From contig UYFQ01000001.1 in NCBI GenBank assembly GCA_900617105.1, forward strand, positions 4,650,001 through 4,714,000: 64,000 bases of DNA. Direction: 5' to 3'. Below, piece by piece: positions 58,004-64,000 of this stretch. A model generated the notes under the pieces. That model saw only the letters and a program-made list of their open reading frames with translations, made no database searches and was not told the DNA's origin. A program made the position numbers and the translations under genes. Position 1 is the stretch's first letter, and the number at the start of each line of letters is the position of its first letter. The stretch comes from Hydrurus foetidus (lineage: Eukaryota).

Positions 58004-58417
58004 CTAAGCCACAACGTCAAACGGATTCAAAACCTGTACCCCGCAACCCACAAAATCACGCGTATTGCGGGTGGCGATGATCAGCTGGTGCTCCTGTGCG
58101 GTGGCCGCAATCAGCATGCCAGGTGCCGCGCGAATGATGCCTTGCGCTTGAAACTGACCACGCAGCACGCCAGCGCGCTGTGCAATCGCCTCAGTGATGG
58201 GGTAAACCGCGTGCAGGTTTTGCACCACGGCATTGAATAAATTGAGTTTGCGCGTGTTGGGCTGCCAGGCAAAACCAAAATGCGCTTCTTCAATCGTCAC
58301 GGCTGATATGGCCAGCAGCTCAATTGACTGCAGCCACTGCATGACCAGCGCACTTGGGGATTTTTTCACCAGTTCGCTGACCACGTTTGTGTCGGCTAGA
58401 TAAACAGTTTGCGCCAT
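58004..58417 (-). CDS. vapC: VapC family PIN-domain toxin (one catalytic Asp apparently replaced by Gly)
   Basis: DTNVVSE, SAVTIEE, MLIAATA, TRNTRDF and NPF. Confidence 0.88.
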   Translation of the reverse strand: MAQTVYLADTNVVSELVKKSPSALVMQWLQSIELLAISAVTIEEAHFGFAWQPNTRKLNLFNAVVQNLHAVYPITEAIAQRAGVLRGQFQAQGIIRAAPGMLIAATAQEHQLIIATRNTRDFVGCGVQVLNPFDVVA

Positions 58418-58422
58418 CTTGT

Positions 58423-58722
58423 TTATTCGTTGTCCGCAAAGCTGTTGCTTCGTATCCAGGCCGTGGCGCGAGCCCCGGCTGAAGCTTCAGTTGCGCCGGG
58501 TATGCCAACGTCATCAAGCGGCGGATGGGCCTGGCGCAATGTCATTAATTTGCTATAAAAATCGTCTGCGCCAAGGGCAACCGACTCAGTACGTTTGAAG
58601 TAGTCGGCAGACACCAACACAGCCACAGGCGTGTTGCGCTTGGTGATGACTTGCGGTGCGCTCTGAGCTGCTTGAATCAAAAAAGACAGCTGCTGGCGAG
58701 ATTGGGCAATTGAAATAGACAT
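58423..58722 (-). CDS. Phd/YefM family antitoxin
   Basis: SIAQSRQQLSFLI...PQVITKRNTPVAVLVS. Lies 5 bp upstream of vapC. Confidence 0.88.
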   Translation of the reverse strand: MSISIAQSRQQLSFLIQAAQSAPQVITKRNTPVAVLVSADYFKRTESVALGADDFYSKLMTLRQAHPPLDDVGIPGATEASAGARATAWIRSNSFADNE

Positions 58723-58731
58723 AAAAATCTT

Positions 58732-58762
58732 TCATGTACATATATATTTTACATGATGTACG
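58732..58762. promoter_or_regulatory. Putative TA autoregulatory operator
   Basis: Inverted repeat TCATGTA-N11-TACATGA with TGTACA/TTTACA/TGTACG cores just upstream of the antitoxin start. TGTACA is the known YefM/Phd operator core. Confidence 0.6.
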
Positions 58763-58923
58763 TTTCGTTAGCTGTAAAAATTGAAGATATGAGTGGGTAG
58801 CGTATTGATGTGGCGGTTGAGTAGTGGAATGAATTTTTAAAAAGATAGCGCCAAATATCGGCTGCTTGCGGCTTTGAACAGAGTTGCAAAATGCGCTTGC
58901 TAAAGTTGAAAAGTCAGGCAAAC

Positions 58924-58943
58924 TACTGTACGTAAATACAGTA
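58924..58943. promoter_or_regulatory. LexA (SOS) box
   Basis: TACTGTACGTAAATACAGTA matches CTG-N10-CAG, 30 bp upstream of imuA. Confidence 0.92.
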
Positions 58944-58973
58944 TTTTAAACGCATTTTCAATCCATTTTTAGT

Positions 58974-59810
58974 GTGACCACGCTGCCCAAAACCATTGAC
59001 CTGACTGATCTGATCGGTATTAACCACGTCTGGCGCGCAGGCTCGCTGGCCACTGCCTGCGTGCAAACCATCAGCACGGGTTACGACGCACTCAGCCATG
59101 TGTTGCCCGGCGGCGGCTGGCCGTGTGGGGCCATGACCGAGGTGCTGCAGGCCCAACCGGGCCAGCACGAATGGGGTTTGGTTGCGCCTGCGCTTGGCAC
59201 GCTGCAAGCAGCCAGCCCCGGCGCGTTGGTGGTGCTGGTCGGCGCGCCGTATTGCCCGTTTGGCCCGGCATTGGGCGCGCGCCAGCTCAATATGCAGCGG
59301 GTGCTGAACATCCAGCCTAAAAACGACAGCCCCGCCATGTTGTGGGCCACGCGTGAAGCGCTGCAATGCGCCGACGTAGGCGCAGTGCTGGCCTGGCTGC
59401 CCGATGCCCGGGGAGCGCATTTGCGGCGTTTGCAAATTGCGGCGCTCAGCGCTGACAAGCTGCTGTTTGTCTTCAGGCCATTGCAGGCGCAGCACGACTC
59501 GTCTCCCGCGCCGTTGCGCCTGAAACTGGCGGGCATGGCGCAATCTCAAGGGCTAAGTGCGGCAGGGCACAACCTGCGAATTGACGTGTTCAAGCGCCGC
59601 GGCCCGACTCTGGCTGCGCCGGTGTTGATTGACACCCGCCCACCCCGGCTGGCCGCGCTGCTGGCCGCCAGTGGCGAGCGTGCTCATCAGCATGAGCCTG
59701 AACGGGAGCCAGAACGCCAGCCATCGTTGTTTGCCACCTCGTTTGACATGTCAGAAATTTTAAGAAAGCCGCTTCATGCGCTGGATCGCACTGCAAGCCT
59801 GCAGCATTGA
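58974..59810 (+). CDS. imuA: Translesion synthesis-associated protein ImuA
   Basis: STGYDALSHVLPGGGWPCGAMTE, LRRLQIAA, SPAPLRL and FKRRGP. Confidence 0.93.
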   Translation: MTTLPKTIDLTDLIGINHVWRAGSLATACVQTISTGYDALSHVLPGGGWPCGAMTEVLQAQPGQHEWGLVAPALGTLQAASPGALVVLVGAPYCPFGPALGARQLNMQRVLNIQPKNDSPAMLWATREALQCADVGAVLAWLPDARGAHLRRLQIAALSADKLLFVFRPLQAQHDSSPAPLRLKLAGMAQSQGLSAAGHNLRIDVFKRRGPTLAAPVLIDTRPPRLAALLAASGERAHQHEPEREPERQPSLFATSFDMSEILRKPLHALDRTASLQH

Positions 59811-61233
59811 GCCTGTAGCCATCGTGGGCGAGGTCGCGTCGGGCTGCGTGAGCGGGGCGGTCGCGCCGCGAGCGATGACGGATGAGGCCACCCAACAAGC
59901 CATCTGCGCCATCTCGCTTAGCTTCACGCCGCGCGTGGCTTTGTGCGGCAACGCGGTGGTGTTAGAAGTTTCAGGCAGCCTGCGCCTTTTTGGCGGCCTG
60001 CACAAGCTGGCGGCGTTGCTGGAGGCTAATTTACACGCATTTTTCAAGAAAAATAGCCTGTTAGCCAAAATAATACGGGCGCAAGCAGCTACATCTTTAA
60101 TAGCAATTGGACGGCTGCGTTTGGCTGGTACGGGTCAAAAAATTCCACTTCACGTGGCTGACATGCCCATGCACACACTCACCGCCACTCACCCGCACTT
60201 GGCCGTACTTGAGCGCACGGGCTGCCGCACCTGGGGCGACCTGTTGGCGCTGCCGCGTGACGGCGTGGCCCGGCGTTTTGGCGCGCCGCTGCTGGCCGCC
60301 CTTGACCAAGCCCGGGGCGCGCTGCCAGAGGCTTATGTGTGGCACGTGCTGCCCGAGCAGTTTGAGCAAAAAATTGAGCTCGATGCGCTGGTCATCCACA
60401 CGCCCGCGCTGATGACCGGCGTTAACGCGCTGTTGGTGCAGCTGCACGCCTGGCTGCTGGGCCGGCAAAGCGGGCTGTGCGCGCTCAAGCTGGTGTGGCA
60501 TTTAGACAAGCGCCGTGACGTGCCGCCGACCGGCTCTCTGGTGGTGCGCACCGCCCAGCCCGCGCAAGATTTGCAGCACGTGGCGCGGTTGATTAGTGAG
60601 CGCTTAAATCAGGTGGTGTTGGGCGCGCCCGTACACAGCATCACGCTGGCGTCGCTTGAAACCGTGAGCCTGCGAGACGCTGCTCTAGCCACCGCCAGCT
60701 TGCTGATCGAGCCCAAGCAGCAGGGCGTTAGCAGCACGCAGTTTATTGAGCGCTTGAGCGCGCGGCTGGGCCCCGCCAGCGTCGAGGTGTGGCAACCACA
60801 AGCTGACCACCGGCCCGAGGCCATGCAGCGCTGGGTAAGCGTAGAGACAGGTGCCGAGGCAGAGACAATTGCTACTAAATCAGGAGCTGCTCGCGCCCGT
60901 ATTTACTCATCAAAAGGCATAAAAGATACTGAAAAAGTACCCAAAACCGATGCTTTGTACCCCACCTGGCTGCTGCGCCAGCCGCTAAAGCTCGCCAGCA
61001 AAGCAGGCGCGCCGCTGCATCAGGGCGCACTCGTCAAGCTGGCCGGGCCGCAGCGCCTGGAAGCCACGGGCTGGCTGCTTGCCGACCAAGCCGATATAGC
61101 GCCCGCACTGCGCGACTACTTTATTTACCGCAGCAGCCGGGGCGTGCTGCTGTGGATTTACAGCGAGCGTTTGGCAATTAGTGAGCGCGATCAGGTTCAA
61201 CGCGAGTGGTACTTACAAGGGGTCTTCGCATGA
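59776..61233 (+). CDS. imuB: Y-family polymerase-like protein ImuB
   Basis: FTPRVA, LEVSGSLRLFGG, LPRDGVARRFG, DHRPE and RDYFIY. Lies between imuA and dnaE2. Confidence 0.92.
   Translation: MRWIALQACSIEPVAIVGEVASGCVSGAVAPRAMTDEATQQAICAISLSFTPRVALCGNAVVLEVSGSLRLFGGLHKLAALLEANLHAFFKKNSLLAKIIRAQAATSLIAIGRLRLAGTGQKIPLHVADMPMHTLTATHPHLAVLERTGCRTWGDLLALPRDGVARRFGAPLLAALDQARGALPEAYVWHVLPEQFEQKIELDALVIHTPALMTGVNALLVQLHAWLLGRQSGLCALKLVWHLDKRRDVPPTGSLVVRTAQPAQDLQHVARLISERLNQVVLGAPVHSITLASLETVSLRDAALATASLLIEPKQQGVSSTQFIERLSARLGPASVEVWQPQADHRPEAMQRWVSVETGAEAETIATKSGAARARIYSSKGIKDTEKVPKTDALYPTWLLRQPLKLASKAGAPLHQGALVKLAGPQRLEATGWLLADQADIAPALRDYFIYRSSRGVLLWIYSERLAISERDQVQREWYLQGVFA
60051..60104 (-). repeat. 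Family-A motif in frame in imuB (NSLLAKIIRAQAATSLIA)
   Basis: Reverse strand GCTATTAAAGATGTAGC TGCTTGCGC CCGTATTATTTT GGCTA ACAGGCTATTT. Confidence 0.85.
60871..60924 (+). repeat. Family-A motif in frame in imuB (ATKSGAARARIYSSKGIK)
   Basis: GCTACTAAATCAGGAGC TGCTCGCGC CCGTATTTACTC ATCAA AAGGCATAAAA. Confidence 0.82.
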
Positions 61234-64000
61234 CCTTGCCCGCCTACGCAGAGCTCCACGCTTTAAGTAACTTCAGCTTTCAGCGCGGCGCGTCGCATGC
61301 TGAAGAGCTGGTCGAGCGCGCCGCTGCACTGGGCTACAGCGCGATTGCGATTACCGACGAATGCTCGGTCGCAGGTGTGGTGCGCGCCCATGGCGAGGCT
61401 AAAAAGCACGGCTTGCAACTGCTGCCGGGCGCTGAGTTTTTAGTGCAATGCGCAGATCCGTTTCGTTTGGTTGTATTGCCGCACAACGCTGAAGGCTGGG
61501 GTGACTTGTGTGAGTTCATTACCCAGGCCAAAGCGGCTGGCGATGCAATTGAAAAGGGCAGCTACCGGGTCACGCCAGAGTCTGACTTTTCCATTCTCCA
61601 GCACTGTGAAGTTATCTTTTGCTTGCTGCAAGGCGCTATTAATACAGAAGCTGCTCGCGCCCATGTCGATTGGGCTAGAGACCTATTTAATATAGATTTT
61701 TCAGCTGGCCAGTCATTTCTTACTCCTTCCCCTTTCGGGGCTGTGGCCTGCGGCTCTAAGTCCGCCAATGCGGACTTGGACAGGCCAAAGAGCAGTCGCC
61801 TCTGGCGACAGCACGTGAGGGGGGATGGGGGCGTGCGCGATGCAAGCACCATTTCTGCACTTGCCCCCACCCCAACCTCCCCCGCAAGGGGAGGGAGTAA
61901 AACAAACCAAGCTCATCAGTCACTCAATTTATGGATTGCCGTCGAGCTACTGCAAAGCCTCGACGACGCCCTGCGTTTGCAGCAACTGCAAGCCCTAAGC
62001 CAGCAAACCGGCGTGCCGCTGGTCGCTGCAGGCGCGGTGCTGATGCACGTGCGCTCGCGCAAGCCGCTGCATGACGTGCTGACCGCCGTGGGCTTGGGTT
62101 GCGCGGTGCACGACTGCGGCTTTGCGCTAGCGCCCAATGCTGAAGCGCATCTGCGGCCACGCATGCGCCTGGCCAGCTTGTACCCGCCCGAGCTGCTGGC
62201 CGCTACGCTCGAAGTTGCCCGGCGCTGCACGTTTAATTTAGACGAAATTCGTGACTTGTACCGCTACCCACAAGGCGCGGTGCAGCGTGATGAATCGCCC
62301 ATGGATTGCCTGCGCCGCTTGACCAAAGCGGGCGCCCAGCAACGCTACCCGCAAGGCCTGCCCGAAAAAATAGCCACGCAAGTCACGCATGAATTAGCAT
62401 TGATTGACGAGCTGGGCTACGCGATGTATTTCATCACCGTGCATGACATCGTGAAGTTCGCCATCGACAATAATATTTTGTGCCAGGGCCGCGGCTCGGC
62501 TGCCAATTCTGCCGTGTGCTACTGCCTGGCCATCACCGCGGTAGACCCGGCTGAAAGCCAGCTTTTGTTTGAACGCTTTATCAGCCGTGAACGCAAAGAG
62601 CCGCCCGACATTGATGTCGATTTTGAGCATCAGCGGCGTGAAGAAGTCATTCAATACATCTACGCCAAGTACGGCCATGAGCACGCAGCCATTGCCGCCA
62701 CCGTCACCACCTACCGGCCCCGCAGCGCGATTCGGGACGTGGGCAAGGCGCTGGGCATTGCACCTGAAATGGTTGAGCAGTTCGCCAAAGAAAACTTCTG
62801 GTTCGACAAAGGCGGCCTGCTCGCCCAGCGCCTTCAAGAAGCCAATATCAGCGAAGCAAAAGACGCTGGCCCAGTGTTGCAATGGCTGGACTTGACGGTG
62901 CAGCTGCTGGGTTTTCCGCGCCATTTGGGCCAGCACGTTGGCGGCTTTGTGCTTACGCAAACCAAGCTCACGCGGCTGGTGCCGATTCAACCCGCCACGA
63001 TGGAGGCGCGCCGCATCATTCAGTGGGACAAAGACGACCTGGATGCGATGGGCCTGCTGAAGGTTGACGTGCTGGCGCTCGGCATGTTGTCAGCCATTCG
63101 GCGCAGCTTGCAGCTCATTGACCAGTGGCGAGGTGGGCATTTGCAAATGCACCAAATTCCGTCAGGTGACGAGCAAACTTACGACATGATTTGCGCGGCT
63201 GATACGGTCGGCGTTTTTCAAATTGAAAGCCGCGCGCAAATGAGCATGCTGCCGCGCCTCAAACCGCGCTGCTTTTACGATTTGGTGGTGGAAGTAGCGA
63301 TAGTGCGGCCCGGCCCGATTGTGGGCGGCATGGTGCACCCGTATTTAAAACGCCGCGCCAATCCGGCGGAAGAAACCTACCCGAACGAAGAGCTGCGCCG
63401 CGCTTTGGGCCGCACGCTGGGCGTGCCGATTTTTCAGGAACAAGTGATGCAAATTGCCATGGTGGCGGCCGACTTTACCGCCGGTGAGGCCGACGATTTG
63501 CGCCGCTCCATGGCTGCGTGGAAGCGCAAGGGCGGCGTCAAGCGGTTTTACGACCGGCTGGTGGGCCGCATGATTGAACGCGGGTATGAACCAGCCTTTG
63601 CCGAGGGCATCTTCAAGCAAATTGAAGGCTTTGGCGAATACGGTTTTCCTGAAAGTCACGCCGCCAGTTTTGCCAAGCTGGTGTACATCAGCTGTTGGCT
63701 GAAGTGCCATGAACCCGCCTGCTTTTTTGCCGCACTGGTCAATTCGCAGCCAATGGGTTTTTATTCGCCGTCGCAGTTGATGCAGGATGCGCGTAAACAT
63801 GGGGTTCAGGTGCGGGCGATTGACGTGACGTGCAGTGATTGGGATTGCACGCTGGAGGGAAGTAGCAATGCGGGGAGCCCTGTCTTGCAGACCGCAGACC
63901 GGCCAGAGCCCGGTCTTCTTCGCACTGTCCCAGAGGCAGAGGGAGTAAATTCGCAGAGCAATCGACCAATCTTGCTCCCTCTCCCCTTGGGAGAGGGCCG
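61230..64000 (+). CDS. dnaE2: Error-prone DNA polymerase DnaE2/ImuC (3' partial; absent from the ORF track because it runs off the window)
   Basis: Manual translation: MTLPAYAELHALSNFSFQRGASH, AITDECSVAGVVRAH, CQGRGSAANSAVCY, EPPDIDVDFEH, KVDVLALGML and GFPESHAASF. ATG overlaps the imuB stop. Confidence 0.96.
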   Translation, partial: MTLPAYAELHALSNFSFQRGASHAEELVERAAALGYSAIAITDECSVAGVVRAHGEAKKHGLQLLPGAEFLVQCADPFRLVVLPHNAEGWGDLCEFITQAKAAGDAIEKGSYRVTPESDFSILQHCEVIFCLLQGAINTEAARAHVDWARDLFNIDFSAGQSFLTPSPFGAVACGSKSANADLDRPKSSRLWRQHVRGDGGVRDASTISALAPTPTSPARGGSKTNQAHQSLNLWIAVELLQSLDDALRLQQLQALSQQTGVPLVAAGAVLMHVRSRKPLHDVLTAVGLGCAVHDCGFALAPNAEAHLRPRMRLASLYPPELLAATLEVARRCTFNLDEIRDLYRYPQGAVQRDESPMDCLRRLTKAGAQQRYPQGLPEKIATQVTHELALIDELGYAMYFITVHDIVKFAIDNNILCQGRGSAANSAVCYCLAITAVDPAESQLLFERFISRERKEPPDIDVDFEHQRREEVIQYIYAKYGHEHAAIAATVTTYRPRSAIRDVGKALGIAPEMVEQFAKENFWFDKGGLLAQRLQEANISEAKDAGPVLQWLDLTVQLLGFPRHLGQHVGGFVLTQTKLTRLVPIQPATMEARRIIQWDKDDLDAMGLLKVDVLALGMLSAIRRSLQLIDQWRGGHLQMHQIPSGDEQTYDMICAADTVGVFQIESRAQMSMLPRLKPRCFYDLVVEVAIVRPGPIVGGMVHPYLKRRANPAEETYPNEELRRALGRTLGVPIFQEQVMQIAMVAADFTAGEADDLRRSMAAWKRKGGVKRFYDRLVGRMIERGYEPAFAEGIFKQIEGFGEYGFPESHAASFAKLVYISCWLKCHEPACFFAALVNSQPMGFYSPSQLMQDARKHGVQVRAIDVTCSDWDCTLEGSSNAGSPVLQTADRPEPGLLRTVPEAEGVNSQSNRPILLPLPLGEG
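61635..61688 (+). repeat. Family-A motif in frame in dnaE2 (AINTEAARAHVDWARDLF)
   Basis: GCTATTAATACAGAAGC TGCTCGCGC CCATGTCGATTG GGCTA GAGACCTATTT. Confidence 0.85.
61720..61900. repeat. Nested palindromic composite (BoxC-like inverted pair with a second hairpin element in its left arm), in frame in dnaE2
   Basis: TTACTCCTTCCCC...GGGGAGGGAGTAA ends. Right arm GCCCCCACCCCAACCTCCCCCGCAAGGGGAGGGAG. The left arm is interrupted at about 61741-61817. Confidence 0.8.
63975..64000. repeat. BoxC-like palindrome arm in frame in dnaE2 (PLPLGEG), truncated by the window end
   Basis: CTCCCTCTCCCCTTGGGAGAGGGCCG, the same family as the hrpA repeat. Confidence 0.7.

Noticed and set aside
61690..61925. Intein in DnaE2
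   Set aside because: The insert is too short, lacks a Cys/Ser start with a His-Asn end, and is explained by DNA palindromes.
1..64000. CRISPR array formed by the repeats
   Set aside because: Repeat copies are kilobases apart in both orientations, with no regular repeat-spacer periodicity and no cas genes.

Overview
A 64 kb chromosomal segment of a betaproteobacterium, most like Comamonadaceae (Polaromonas/Rhodoferax-type gene order; inferred from gene content, not from a search). The backbone is housekeeping: tex, argA, hrpA, cysB, lptGF, pepA-holC, livK, a basic amino acid decarboxylase, tolB-pal-cpoB, tcdA, ABC-F, prmB, pilU, dapDC, alkB and a LexA-boxed imuA-imuB-dnaE2 cassette. It also holds tRNA-Ser(GGA), tRNA-Lys(TTT) and two type II toxin-antitoxin pairs. 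A ~17 kb degraded island (about 22601-39871) sits at the 3' end of tRNA-Ser. It carries a doubly frameshifted P4-type integrase, a cdiB-cdiA-cdiI contact-dependent inhibition locus and two orphan cdiA modules. The most striking non-gene signal is a ~54-bp fixed-spacing dispersed motif (GCT-N11-AGC-TGCTCGCGC-N12-GGCTA...). It occurs 14 times here, 10 times inside reading frames and always in one phase per orientation. Other palindromic repeats (BoxC-like, nested, and a 78-bp element) are also translated in frame inside hrpA, prmB and dnaE2.
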